Shown: positions 9,608 to 19,720 of the stretch, one piece after another | How positions within the stretch are numbered: the first letter of the stretch is position 1 | Layout of the letters: each line of letters starts with the position of its first letter | Origin: a virus | Taxonomy: Duplodnaviria; Caudoviricetes | Reading direction: 5' to 3' (one strand) | DNA length: 64,000 bases | IMG/VR virus record: IMGVR_UViG_3300046817_000863 | Span: 242-64,241 of that record | The notes under the pieces: model-generated | What the model saw: only the letters and a program-made list of their open reading frames with translations | The model's database searches: none | Told to the model about the DNA's origin: nothing | Translations under genes and position numbers: made by a program

Positions 9608-11859
9608 TAGCCGCCTCCAAACAGACCACCAAGGGCACTACCCGCACCCTTCCCGAATGACTGACCGAGTGTGCGGCCAAAGCTCGGGTTATTGGTCGCG
9701 TACCCAGCCGCATTACCCGTTGCCTGGTTCGCCGCTCCGGTCTGCGTCCCGTAAGCCTGTGTGCGGCCGGTGCGCGCCGCCTGGCCAGCCTGCTGTTGCT
9801 GCTGGGTCTGGTTCCCCAGCCATCCGCGATACTCCTGCCCGCCGCCGATACGTGCATTCGCTACCCCGGTAGCCCGCTGGCTGGTAGCGTTGTTGTTATT
9901 GAATCCCTGCCCATACTGGGTGTTCTGCCCGGTCTGTGCTACCTGCTGGCGGTTGTTGGCGATGTTCTGCGCACGCTGCGCATTCGCAGTATCGACGTTG
10001 CCGGCAATACCAATACCCGTGTTTTGGTTGTACTGGTTCGCCTGCTGTTGCATCTGGCCACCCTGATAGGCGTTGTTGGCCCGCATACCGGCTACGTTGC
10101 CCTCAAGCCCAATCAGTGAGTTCCCAAGTGCCTGTTCATTACCCAGATCCGATTGCAGCCGGGTTCTCTCCGCTCCGGATCGGTTTGCTTCGCGCTCGCC
10201 AACGGCGCCGAGTTCCGTTCTCTCCTGACCTTGCGCAAGTCCAGCACGCTGCTGTGCGGCATTCAGCCCGAGATTCTTCGCTTGCACTTTCGCGTTCAGC
10301 GCCGCGTCCTCAGCGTTGATGTCACCCTGCCGCTGGAGGTCATTCATCCCGGCCGCAAGGGCAAGCGCTGACTGATTACCGCTCGCCGACGCTTCCCTTG
10401 CCACACGGTCACGCGCGGCTCGAGTCGCATTCCCGATCGACGTGGAGGCAGACTGCACCATGTTCTGGGCATCCGCATCGCTGAAGTTCAGGGATGGGTC
10501 GTTAGTCGCTGCAGCACCGCGGCCCATCGACGCATCCTGCTGGTTCATGTAATTCTGCGATGGCCCCAGATTGGCGTTATTGAGCGCGTTATGGGTGTTC
10601 GTTGCCATCCCAGACCACGCGCCTCGGCCAGCGTTGGAGTAATCGTCACTGATCCCGTTCAGCGCGCCGGCGGTGTCGTTGGCGATGCCAGTCGTCTGGT
10701 TGGGGTTGTAGTAGTCGAACTGCGAACCGGCGTTGCCCGCAATCGCGCTCTGCTCTTGCGGGGTGTACTGCCAGGAGTCAATCTGACCCTGCGACAGTGC
10801 ACTGGGCATCGAGCCCTGCCCCATGATGGCCTGCTGTTCTTCCTGCGTATACCCCGGAGTCTGGTACAGGCCGGAATATGCCGAATTCATCGGTTGCCGG
10901 TAATTGTTCTCCTGCTGGTAGGCATCCTGCGCAGCCTGCTGATAAGAGGAATCGATTCGATTACCTCGGTCGTAGGCAGACGTGCGGTCCTGCACTGCCA
11001 TACGCGCCGGGTCTTCGGTCGTCAGGTCGGGATTGAAGGTCTGCGGACCACCGGCACTGTAGTCAGGGTTGTAATTCTGCCAGGCGTAATTGCCGCTACC
11101 GATATCCGAGGCAGGGTTGTAGGGCGTACCGGAGAAGTAATCCCGGTTCTGTGACTGCGTTGCGGCCGGATTCATTTGAATCGACGGAGCATCGCCGTAG
11201 CTCGCCCCCTGATCGGAATAGGGGTTACTCGCCGGTCCTGCGTCAGCGCCGGTCAGATCCCCACCGTAAGCCGCACGCGACGACATCTGAGGCGATGCAC
11301 CGTATGCGCGGGATCTCATGCCTGCGCCTCTGGGAGGAGCTTCTGGCGGTACAGGGGAGTCAGGCGGTACCTGGATTGGCTGAGGCTCGTTGCGGTTGGG
11401 ATTCCCGCGGCCGGGGGATGGCGGGTAACTGCCGCGTGGTCCAGAATAGCCACCGCCGCGAGGAGGCGCACCCGGGGAGGCGTCACCTTCACCAGGAGGG
11501 GGGATCGGCGGCTGAGGCTCCCGGGGGTTAGGAAGTCCGCGGCCGGGTGGAAGGTGGAACGGGGGAGGCTCGTACCGGTTCGGATTGCCGCGGCCCGGAG
11601 ATGGGGGGATAGCCCCGCGAGGGTCCGAAGGATCCGACCCGCGAGGGCCGCTATAAGGCGGGACAGGGGTATCCGGTGGAAGCTGAAACGGGGGTGGATC
11701 AGCGCGCTCAGGGTCACCCCGGCCAGGCGAAGGATCGGCACCGCGAGGGCCGGAGGGATATGCCCCGCGCGGGGGCGCTACCGGATTAGTGTCATCCCCC
11801 GGAGGTAGCTGTATCGGCGGGTATTCCCGGTAATTCCTCGGTCCTCTGTCTCTGGTCAT
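9607..11859 (-). CDS. Putative DNA ejection (pilot-like) protein with Pro/Arg/Gly-repeat N-terminus
   Basis: Gln/Asn/Ala-rich helical C-half ending GSALGGLFGGG. Confidence 0.55.
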   Translation of the reverse strand: MTRDRGPRNYREYPPIQLPPGDDTNPVAPPRGAYPSGPRGADPSPGRGDPERADPPPFQLPPDTPVPPYSGPRGSDPSDPRGAIPPSPGRGNPNRYEPPPFHLPPGRGLPNPREPQPPIPPPGEGDASPGAPPRGGGYSGPRGSYPPSPGRGNPNRNEPQPIQVPPDSPVPPEAPPRGAGMRSRAYGASPQMSSRAAYGGDLTGADAGPASNPYSDQGASYGDAPSIQMNPAATQSQNRDYFSGTPYNPASDIGSGNYAWQNYNPDYSAGGPQTFNPDLTTEDPARMAVQDRTSAYDRGNRIDSSYQQAAQDAYQQENNYRQPMNSAYSGLYQTPGYTQEEQQAIMGQGSMPSALSQGQIDSWQYTPQEQSAIAGNAGSQFDYYNPNQTTGIANDTAGALNGISDDYSNAGRGAWSGMATNTHNALNNANLGPSQNYMNQQDASMGRGAAATNDPSLNFSDADAQNMVQSASTSIGNATRAARDRVAREASASGNQSALALAAGMNDLQRQGDINAEDAALNAKVQAKNLGLNAAQQRAGLAQGQERTELGAVGEREANRSGAERTRLQSDLGNEQALGNSLIGLEGNVAGMRANNAYQGGQMQQQANQYNQNTGIGIAGNVDTANAQRAQNIANNRQQVAQTGQNTQYGQGFNNNNATSQRATGVANARIGGGQEYRGWLGNQTQQQQQAGQAARTGRTQAYGTQTGAANQATGNAAGYATNNPSFGRTLGQSFGKGAGSALGGLFGGG

Positions 11860-12013
11860 CCTGTGTCTGCTCCTTTTCGACTGCTCCCAACCTTTTGGCG
11901 AGCGACGTCAGCGCTGCGTCCCATCCGGCCGCGTAGGCAGCTTGCGCCGTTTTCGCGTCGTTCATTAGGGAAAGAAATAAATCTGAATGCTGTCTGGGGA
12001 TTACGATTTTCAT
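11792..12013 (-). CDS. Hypothetical protein
   Basis: ATGA overlap with the upstream tail gene. Confidence 0.5.
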   Translation of the reverse strand: MKIVIPRQHSDLFLSLMNDAKTAQAAYAAGWDAALTSLAKRLGAVEKEQTQDDQRQRTEELPGIPADTATSGG

Positions 12014-13377
12014 GCCGTGCGAAGACCGCCAGTGAATATGTTCGAGGCGGATGAAAGGCTGATTGCGGTGACGACCGTCATCGACTGGTTCACCCCGGTC
12101 CAGTCTTTGTACTGAATCGTTGCCGTGGTCGGGATAACGTTCGTGAGAAAGGTGGAAGTCCCGCCTACACCCACCGCACCATTAACAACGAATCCGCCGT
12201 GCGCGTCGACCTGCCCGGAGTTACCGGAGAACACAATCGCCTGCACGCCCAGCGAGTTGTAAATGGCACCATTGCCGCCGATATTGGAGGCGTTGAATAC
12301 AACCCCTCCGTCATGCGGCCCCGGACCATAATTCAGGTTGAACGATTGATACGTCAGCTGCACATGCCTTGACGCATCCGTTTTTAGCTGGATAAACAGC
12401 GTGTCGTCTCTGAGCTGCGACACAAAAGTGGGGCCGGTTATCTTGATGAAATTGGCCGAATCGATCTGAATAGTCCCGGCGCCGCCGGCGAAGTCGAACG
12501 ACAATGCAGCGTCGACCAGGGTAATATTTCCGGTCCCCGAATCAATCTCGATCCTTGGGCCTCCGGTGGTCCCGATCATGAGACTGCCGTCGGAGTCGAC
12601 CTCCATGTGAGGCCCGCTCGCCAGGCCTATCCTCAGGTGTCCGTCTGCGTAAGCGCGGAACAGAGAATCGGGGAAGCCGGTCCCGCCGATCGCAGCCGTC
12701 TCTGTGTGAATGCCTGCATAGTATGGGGTCAGGACACCGCCGCCTGTATACGAGCCACCCCACACCGAGGCGTTCAGATCGACGTGAGTCGCGTCGACAA
12801 TCGTAACCGGCCATGATCCGGTAGCATTCGGCACCCCGCCGACATCGACCACCTTGGCGGTGTCGCCGCGCTCCATCCCGTGCGCTGTGGCCGTCTTCAG
12901 GCGAATCAGCCCGCTACCGTTGTTAACAGCCCCGGTTATGTTGATGGGGTCAAGCTCGAGTACCCCGAGGAACCCTTTCTCGTTGCCGTCAGCATCGAGA
13001 ATGAATACCTGACCGTTTTGCCCGATGTAAACATGCTGGCCATCCGTGAAGAACGGAGACGTGTGAACGGGATCGTTGACATCCCCGCCGACCCAAAGAT
13101 TCTCGGTTGCAACTCCTGAAAGGAAGGAATCCACCCCGGGGAATGACCCCAGATGAGCGATTGCGCGACCATCGTCTGCGCTGGTGATGACGAGATCATC
13201 AATGCGCCCTTCAGCCGCCGTAGCTACGTAGTTCGAGAGCGAGTTGAACGCATTCTCGATATCGTTGAGCGCGCCGGCCATCCTCGGTTGCCCCGCGCTT
13301 CGCAGCATATTAGCGATATCGCTAACCGCCAGCGAAGGCAAATTGAGGACGTTCTGTGTGTTGTAGATTACTGGCAT
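12010..13377 (-). CDS. Tail fibre/needle-like protein with E1-FCCH-like domain
   Basis: ITGAVNNGSGLIRLKTATAHG..GDT..V..V.G...ANG.W.VTIVD motif; beta-rich. Confidence 0.6.
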   Translation of the reverse strand: MPVIYNTQNVLNLPSLAVSDIANMLRSAGQPRMAGALNDIENAFNSLSNYVATAAEGRIDDLVITSADDGRAIAHLGSFPGVDSFLSGVATENLWVGGDVNDPVHTSPFFTDGQHVYIGQNGQVFILDADGNEKGFLGVLELDPINITGAVNNGSGLIRLKTATAHGMERGDTAKVVDVGGVPNATGSWPVTIVDATHVDLNASVWGGSYTGGGVLTPYYAGIHTETAAIGGTGFPDSLFRAYADGHLRIGLASGPHMEVDSDGSLMIGTTGGPRIEIDSGTGNITLVDAALSFDFAGGAGTIQIDSANFIKITGPTFVSQLRDDTLFIQLKTDASRHVQLTYQSFNLNYGPGPHDGGVVFNASNIGGNGAIYNSLGVQAIVFSGNSGQVDAHGGFVVNGAVGVGGTSTFLTNVIPTTATIQYKDWTGVNQSMTVVTAISLSSASNIFTGGLRTA

Positions 13378-13489
13378 TCAGATTAATATTGGAGATGGCC
13401 GCGGACGAAGTACGAGAAACGCTTCGGCAAGAGTTTCGGTAGGTTAGTTGGGAGTCGGCACCCCCTCAAGTCTGCGGCAAAACCTGCCT

Positions 13490-15448
13490 TCACCGCTGAG
13501 CGGCGTGGGTCGTCCACAGATGCTCAATCGCACTCAGACGCCAGTTAGTTCCTGGCGTGCCGTCGCTCGCTATCTTCAGCCGCACATCCTCGCAGAGCAT
13601 GTAATAGCGGAGCAGCGGCCACTGATCCGGGTGCAGTGCCAGTGCCTGTGTTCGCAGAGGACCAGAAGAGTTTTCATCCAGCGTGAATGGGGTGACGTTC
13701 ACCGACCCCAGCCCTGCTATACGTATCTGGTCCCCGTGATGCTGCGATAGCGTAGTAGGCCCCTTGCCTTGCAGCAACGGGGGAGTCTCGTACTGGTCGG
13801 CAATGGCAAGTCCAGGCCCGTCAGTAAATGGACTATCGTCCCCAACAGGGGCCTTTTGCCTGCGAAACGGCTGAGCTCCCGATGACGGAGCAAGCCAGCA
13901 TTCCTGTATTTTCTTGGCGGTGTTGAGCACGATCAGAGACTGCGAACCCATGTTCGAGCCTGTGATAGAGTAAGTCGCGAAATTGACCGTTTCGGCCGTT
14001 ACCCCGTTGGTGTAATCGAACACCAGTTCGCGATTCGACGTGTCGATCATCGTTGCGATCACACGCACTTTCTTGCGGATCGGGTCGTCGCACACGAACA
14101 GGTTGTACGGTTTCGACCAGTCAATCAGCGACCACTCATACTGATATCTCGATACCGGGGTGACGTCGTAAGCCCCTCCGCTGAACCGGTACAGCCCGCT
14201 TTGATGTGCGACCCACGCCGTACCCTGCGATGTGTTCACTGCAACACCCCAGGGGGAGGGCGACCCGATACCGCTGTCAACCAGCCTCGGCGCCGCCCAG
14301 CTTACCGGCTCTTCGGCAGTGTCCTGGCTAGAGTACGTCCACGACGGGCCGAAGCAGTAATAGACCCCGAATAACTCAAATCCACCGTGAACGTACTGAG
14401 GAAAGTACCGGATATTCTTCCCTACGTCGATGGCTTGCGGATTGTTCTTCCGGCTGAAAAACACGCATGCCGGATAGTTGGGATCGTTGACGCAGTACGC
14501 CATGCGCTCGCCAGCGCGGAACACACTGATAGGGGAAAACGGCGGGTTCCCCAGATTGTCCTGCGACACGAGTCCGAGGTATGGCGTAGCCTCATCCCCG
14601 TTGCGCACCAGATCATCGTCGGAGATCGTGACCGTGAAGAACGCAAGCCCCGGGGATCCGCCAACTACCGCTGCAGTGGCACCTGGGACAAACAGATATC
14701 GCGACCTGTTCGCGCTCGTAGTCATCAGCAGGTGAATCTTGACTGCGTCCGCGGGCCATGCCACCGTCGGCGAAATGCTGATAGTCGCTATCTTCTCGGT
14801 CGTGACGTTGAATGTCCCAGGAACCAAAGTCAGAGACGGGGTAGACACTGGGCCGGGTGCCCCAATATAACCGCTGCGCCTTTCGAGGATGAATGCGACG
14901 TTTTTCGTGCCGGGGGTAAGGTCGCCAATGCCCGGGGAAAGCGTTATCGAGATACTGACTTCGCTCGTCAGCATCGGCCGGGGGAATAGCTTGTCTACGC
15001 TCCCAGTCGGCTGACCTGCGAATGAGATCACGTGAGCGTGATCCTTGCCAAGCATATCCGTCCCGAAATGCGCTATGTACAGTCGCGCCCCGTGCGGAGC
15101 GAAGGTAGCGCCATAAGCTCCACCCGCTGCAGTGTAGGCGGCAGTGATAACAGAAGCCAGGGATGTCGCCGGCGCATATGCGATAGCACCCGCCACGGTC
15201 GACCAGACCAGATAAGTAGCCTGCCCCGCCTGCGCATTCAGAAAAATCCAGTTATACGCGCCGCTCGTTGCGGCACCTGGGGTAATAGCGGTGTCCGCAA
15301 ATCCGGTGCGGTTCCCTACACTATCGTTCCCAAATTCGACATTTACTGCGCTGGTTGCGCTATTCGGGGCAAGCGTGATCGCGTCAGGCGCAGTCATCGC
15401 TCCTCGAAACTTGCGCACTACGGCACGGCGGAAGGCGGCAATACTCAT
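13490..15448 (-). CDS. Tail nozzle/stabilisation protein (P22 gp10 / T7 gp12-like position)
   Basis: 652-aa beta-rich protein between the adaptor and the ejection genes. Confidence 0.6.
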   Translation of the reverse strand: MSIAAFRRAVVRKFRGAMTAPDAITLAPNSATSAVNVEFGNDSVGNRTGFADTAITPGAATSGAYNWIFLNAQAGQATYLVWSTVAGAIAYAPATSLASVITAAYTAAGGAYGATFAPHGARLYIAHFGTDMLGKDHAHVISFAGQPTGSVDKLFPRPMLTSEVSISITLSPGIGDLTPGTKNVAFILERRSGYIGAPGPVSTPSLTLVPGTFNVTTEKIATISISPTVAWPADAVKIHLLMTTSANRSRYLFVPGATAAVVGGSPGLAFFTVTISDDDLVRNGDEATPYLGLVSQDNLGNPPFSPISVFRAGERMAYCVNDPNYPACVFFSRKNNPQAIDVGKNIRYFPQYVHGGFELFGVYYCFGPSWTYSSQDTAEEPVSWAAPRLVDSGIGSPSPWGVAVNTSQGTAWVAHQSGLYRFSGGAYDVTPVSRYQYEWSLIDWSKPYNLFVCDDPIRKKVRVIATMIDTSNRELVFDYTNGVTAETVNFATYSITGSNMGSQSLIVLNTAKKIQECWLAPSSGAQPFRRQKAPVGDDSPFTDGPGLAIADQYETPPLLQGKGPTTLSQHHGDQIRIAGLGSVNVTPFTLDENSSGPLRTQALALHPDQWPLLRYYMLCEDVRLKIASDGTPGTNWRLSAIEHLWTTHAAQR

Positions 15449-15475
15449 GCTGGTTTTCGGGGTAAAATCGGGCTA

Positions 15476-15811
15476 ATGTTTAACGAAATCTGGTTGGAAG
15501 TTACGATTCCGCTGGCTGCAATTATCAGCATGATCCTGCTGAGGCGCGGCGCGAGGGATGGTGCTGAGCTTGCCTTCTATAAGGGCTACTACGAAGAAAC
15601 CAAGAAAATCAACGCGACGCAGCTAGAAGGGCAAGCAGCGCAACCGAAGACAACCCGCGCTGTCGCCCCGAAATCCAAGGGCTTATATATGGGGAACCCC
15701 ATTGAAAGTTACAGCAAGGAGGAGCTGGTCGACATCGTCTGCGGTTTAGCCGAGAAGATGCGGGGCGAATCTCGCGAGCATATCAGGCAGCTTAAGATTA
15801 TCGGCTGCTGA
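15476..15811 (+). CDS. Moron-like membrane-anchored protein inside the late operon
   Basis: ATG 7 nt after TAAAAT; N-terminal TM; fills the gap between minus-strand genes. Confidence 0.55.
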   Translation: MFNEIWLEVTIPLAAIISMILLRRGARDGAELAFYKGYYEETKKINATQLEGQAAQPKTTRAVAPKSKGLYMGNPIESYSKEELVDIVCGLAEKMRGESREHIRQLKIIGC

Positions 15812-15812
15812 C

Positions 15813-15850
15813 CCTGCTAGCGGCGCAACCGAAGCTACGCCGCCAGCAGG
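15813..15850. terminator. Hairpin between convergent genes
   Basis: CCTGCTAGCGGCG...CGCCGCCAGCAGG. Confidence 0.55.
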
Positions 15851-15856
15851 AAATGC

Positions 15857-16216
15857 TTAGTGCATCGCGGATGCGCCGTGAATGAAGGCAACCCCGCGGA
15901 CAGTCAGAGTCACCGACCCGGACAGTTCAGCGCCGGTCGCGGTGAATAACTTCAGCGTCCCGAGATTGGCGAAGGTCGGAGTTGCGGAATGCAGGTAGCT
16001 CACCATGTATGCCGCGGCTGGTGATCCGGCCTCGAAGAAAATCGCCTTCACCATATCTGCCGTTACCATAGGCGGCCACCTGACGGCGCTGAGGTTCAGA
16101 TTCCCGCCTCCGTACGCCGCGGCGGCAAGGTTAATCGTAAATATCAGTTCACCTGGGTGCCCGCCAAACGGCGCATAACCCGAAACCGCAACCGCGGTTC
16201 CTGCAAAATCAGCCAT
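15857..16216 (-). CDS. Small virion protein (decoration-like)
   Basis: Strong AAGGAG SD; beta-rich 119 aa in the structural block. Confidence 0.5.
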   Translation of the reverse strand: MADFAGTAVAVSGYAPFGGHPGELIFTINLAAAAYGGGNLNLSAVRWPPMVTADMVKAIFFEAGSPAAAYMVSYLHSATPTFANLGTLKLFTATGAELSGSVTLTVRGVAFIHGASAMH

Positions 16217-16258
16217 GTTCTATCTCCTTTTCCTGGAAAACTCCCCGAAGGGACGAGA

Positions 16259-16933
16259 TTAATAATGCGGTCTTCGTGTACGCCAGCGCGGAGGCAGCAC
16301 TGGCAGAATAGCTTTGACTTCGGGATTCAGAAACTGCCGAAGCAGGCCCCCCGATCCATCTGGCTCCATGCGGTTACCGAGAGCACGAACAGTCAATTCC
16401 TGCTTCCGGTCCTGCATCCCGAATGTCGCCGCGGCCAGTGCAGCAGTCCTGACCTTCAGGAAGTCATACGAGCCATCGATACCGATCGGCCCGGTAGTCG
16501 GTGGCGCCGACGATGCCCGGTACTCAATCTTCAGTTGCTGCGGTCCCGTAGCACCGATGAAACGGAAGACATCGCCTTCCCATCTCCACCATCGCAATCT
16601 GTCGGTTTGATCATACTGCGGTAGCACAGGCACCCGCACCATTTCGGAGAACTTATCCGTGCTCGATGCGTTGCGCTCCCACAGACGATACGGTTCCCCC
16701 ATGTTCGGGATACCCGCAGCAGCCGGCGTCAGCGATGTCGTGTTTGCCGGGAGGGGGTACAGCTGCTCCTTCTCCACCATCTGCACCCCGTGACTGAGTG
16801 CGCATCCCCACAGTTCGCTGTGCGCACTCCTGAAGAAAGGAGTGAGGATAGGTATCGTGTAGACGACCTGGGCGAAGTCGCCGAGCTCCGCTGCTGCATC
16901 GGCGAGTACCTGTTCTACGGTGGAATCGGACAT
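16259..16933 (-). CDS. Head-tail adaptor-like protein
   Basis: TVEQVLADAAAELGD N-terminal helix, size and position typical of podoviral adaptors. Confidence 0.6.
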   Translation of the reverse strand: MSDSTVEQVLADAAAELGDFAQVVYTIPILTPFFRSAHSELWGCALSHGVQMVEKEQLYPLPANTTSLTPAAAGIPNMGEPYRLWERNASSTDKFSEMVRVPVLPQYDQTDRLRWWRWEGDVFRFIGATGPQQLKIEYRASSAPPTTGPIGIDGSYDFLKVRTAALAAATFGMQDRKQELTVRALGNRMEPDGSGGLLRQFLNPEVKAILPVLPPRWRTRRPHY

Positions 16934-16939
16934 AAGCGG

Positions 16940-17683
16940 CTACTTTGTAGCTATGTTTCTCGGAATCGGCGGCACTGGAGGTAGCGGCCTGGCTTGCGTA
17001 GCGGGGTCAGGCATGCTCAAGTTGTTCGCTTTGAGTTCCTTCACCCTGGCCTCGATTTCCGCCTGCTTCTGCTGGCGCTGCAGGTAGCGGTCGAAATCCA
17101 CCACGTTGCGGCACTCGCGGCACACGATCGACGCCGAGTCGATGCGCGCGGCACACATCGGGCAGGATATCAGCGATGTTGGCGCAAGGTTGTACACCCA
17201 CTCTGCGGACTCGCGCCCGATATGGATGGCGCAGTCGCGGTGAAGCTGTAGAATCCCTGACTTTTTCCCGTTGGCGTTCATGTCCTCCGCTTCGATGCAG
17301 AAAGCTTCGCACCATGCGTCCTGCCAGCGGTGCATTGTCTCCAGTTCTTCCGGAGTCGGAGTAGTGCCGGCAATAACCATGATCCCCGGCCTGCCCATCT
17401 CGAGAAACTGCCTCTGGTCGCGCCAGTTGGTTACCAGATCCTTCGCCAGTTCATCCGCGAAGACAGGAGACGTGAAGCGCTGCTCTGATCCATTGCGCTG
17501 GTCCTGCCAGTGAGTCGTTACCAACAACAACTCATAGCTGTCCCGCGACTTTACCGCGGGCATCCTGAATGTGCGAAGAAAGCCGGGGCGTCCGGTCGGG
17601 CTGTAGTCTCTCTGTGCCTCCAGCGCCTGGAAAAAGACACTGCAAATCGTGAATTGCTCATTACTGAAAAGTTGCTGATCCAT
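16940..17683 (-). CDS. Hypothetical zinc-ribbon protein
   Basis: CPMC-x10-CREC. Confidence 0.65.
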   Translation of the reverse strand: MDQQLFSNEQFTICSVFFQALEAQRDYSPTGRPGFLRTFRMPAVKSRDSYELLLVTTHWQDQRNGSEQRFTSPVFADELAKDLVTNWRDQRQFLEMGRPGIMVIAGTTPTPEELETMHRWQDAWCEAFCIEAEDMNANGKKSGILQLHRDCAIHIGRESAEWVYNLAPTSLISCPMCAARIDSASIVCRECRNVVDFDRYLQRQQKQAEIEARVKELKANNLSMPDPATQARPLPPVPPIPRNIATK

Positions 17684-17719
17684 ATACCGTTCCTAATTGT
17701 TCTAGTGCAGGGTTTTTGT

Positions 17720-18283
17720 TTACTGTCCGGTTAATCCGACAGAAGGGAAAGAGGTCGACCCGTTGCGCGATCCCGGAACTTCGCCAAACGCAGTCAGCTT
17801 GTCGGAGATAAGGTCATGCATCATGTTGTCGTTATCCCGCGTAGCCTTCGCAGCGGCCGACTTCATGTGCTCATCGAAGTCTGCAGCGCTCATGCTCTTG
17901 ACCTTCTTTATCGCTCCCATCACTCTGCGCGTGATGCCCTCGGCGGGGTTTTTCCCGAGAGGCAGGATAACGTCTGTCGGCATGTAGAAGCCGCGCTCAG
18001 GATACCCCGCTTCGGTGCCGTACATGCTTCTCCACTGAGGCATCGATGGAGGCATCAGCCACATTGCGATTACCGACTGCATGCGGTCGCACATCGGCAG
18101 CTGTGGGCGTACTTCGAACTGCGGAACATACGTAAAGATGCCGTTACGCTCCACCCATTTATCGTCAGCCCTGACAGGAAAAGTCAGTTCTCCAGCGAGA
18201 ACCCACTTATAATTCGGCTCACCATAGCGGTTGAGCCCGAGATTGTCGCCCAACAACTTGTTGAGCCGTTCGATGTTTTTCAT
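17720..18283 (-). CDS. Hypothetical protein following the capsid gene
   Basis: Co-oriented ORF filling the gap. Confidence 0.65.
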   Translation of the reverse strand: MKNIERLNKLLGDNLGLNRYGEPNYKWVLAGELTFPVRADDKWVERNGIFTYVPQFEVRPQLPMCDRMQSVIAMWLMPPSMPQWRSMYGTEAGYPERGFYMPTDVILPLGKNPAEGITRRVMGAIKKVKSMSAADFDEHMKSAAAKATRDNDNMMHDLISDKLTAFGEVPGSRNGSTSFPSVGLTGQ

Positions 18284-18305
18284 TGGTTTTCGGATTGAAA
18301 CTGAA

Positions 18306-18339
18306 TTGAGGGCACCGGGAGATTACCGATACCCTCAAT
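18306..18339 (-). terminator. Terminator after the major capsid gene
   Basis: ATTGAGGGTATCGG...CCGGTGCCCTCAAT followed by TCAGTTT on minus. Confidence 0.6.
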
Positions 18340-18349
18340 GGCCCAGCTC

Positions 18350-19636
18350 TCAGGCGCCGGGAGGAATTGAGGCGTTCAGAACGACGCCCTCTTTACCGGG
18401 GTCAGCGCAGTAAACGTTGGACCAGTCAACCATGAAGACTTTCCAGTTCGCCGTTACCGCACCGGCCGCATTGCGACCTTCGAACCATCTCTGTTTGCCG
18501 TCGGGATCGGTGTAGAAATCCAGATCCTGAATATAGACACGGCCCCAGTTGGTCATGTTGAACCAGTCGACACGTTTCTTGGACTGGTGCGCACTCTTAA
18601 GGTGAGTGGTGCCGCCGATAACGATAGTCGTGTTGTTGCTCTTCGGGATGATGTCGATCATTTCATCCTTTGAACCGCGCATCCACTCTGAGATTGCAAT
18701 GCCGACCTGGTAAATCTGCATTGCCTGGGCCGGGTTGATGCAACCAAGCACTTCAGGGGGAACTGCGTTGAAGCGGTTATAAATCTTCGTGCTGAGCAGC
18801 AGGAAGTGGGTCGGAGTCAACGCGCCCGATGCATCCACCGAATTAACGATCAACTCGGGGTATGTCGTGCGGCTAAGTCCAAGGATATTTCCGGAAGTCG
18901 CCGTGTTGTGGAAATACAGCTCCCCGTTCATGGCAGCGGGGATATCCCCAACACCGCGGAGAGCATAATAGTCCGTCGCCTGCGGGACGATAGCTCCGAG
19001 ATTGCCCAGCGTGAAGCTGGTGCGATCTGGAGCAATGCTCAGTACCTTCGGCAGGTTGCCGCCGGCAGCCGCCGTACGGCGAGTAACGAGGTCGTTGGAG
19101 AAGATCTCTACAGGCAGGCCAACCTGAAGCAGGCTTGCTCCCCATTCCGGATCGCAAGTGACGACGCCACCGGAGAAGCCGGTGCTGAGCGCCAGCAGGC
19201 CCTGTGCGCCGGATCCCTGGGAAAAGAATTCGACGTCCTGCATTCTCTTGAAGGACTGCATCCCCTTCCTGAGGTTATTCTCGAGAGTGTTTACGGTCGA
19301 CTTGCCTTTTGCTTCGGTCGCCTTGATAGCGCCATAGTTCAAATCAATGGCAATACTGTGCGCCAGAGCAGTCTGATAGAGCTGCTGGTTGATGCTGGCG
19401 TTGCCCGTACCGAGCGTGCCGCCATCAACATTGAACAAGCCGTAATCGGAAGGGGGCTGAACTTCCAGCGGAACGCGGAAATCAGTACCGTTCGGGGTTT
19501 TCGTGATGCGTGTGCTGTCTGCCTTTTGGATTCTGGAAAAGAATAAATTCTTCTCTTCCATCTCGTAAAGCGTTGGGAGTTCTTCGCGGAGAGTTTCGTA
19601 ATTAACCGCGTTAACTTCTGCTACCGTCTGTCCCAT
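18350..19636 (-). CDS. Major capsid protein
   Basis: 428 aa after the scaffold; GNILGLSRTTYPE-type motif; AGGAG SD; downstream terminator. Confidence 0.75.
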   Translation of the reverse strand: MGQTVAEVNAVNYETLREELPTLYEMEEKNLFFSRIQKADSTRITKTPNGTDFRVPLEVQPPSDYGLFNVDGGTLGTGNASINQQLYQTALAHSIAIDLNYGAIKATEAKGKSTVNTLENNLRKGMQSFKRMQDVEFFSQGSGAQGLLALSTGFSGGVVTCDPEWGASLLQVGLPVEIFSNDLVTRRTAAAGGNLPKVLSIAPDRTSFTLGNLGAIVPQATDYYALRGVGDIPAAMNGELYFHNTATSGNILGLSRTTYPELIVNSVDASGALTPTHFLLLSTKIYNRFNAVPPEVLGCINPAQAMQIYQVGIAISEWMRGSKDEMIDIIPKSNNTTIVIGGTTHLKSAHQSKKRVDWFNMTNWGRVYIQDLDFYTDPDGKQRWFEGRNAAGAVTANWKVFMVDWSNVYCADPGKEGVVLNASIPPGA

Positions 19637-19720
19637 TTATGGGCTCCTGATGTCGTGAATTAGCTGAGTCGCGACGAATGCCGGGGTCGCGCGGCCCCGG
19701 GCCTGCATTACGGGATTCGG

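Noticed and set aside
15448-18293. CCGAAAACCA before two late start codons
   Set aside because: Only 10 bp in two copies, too weak to separate from chance
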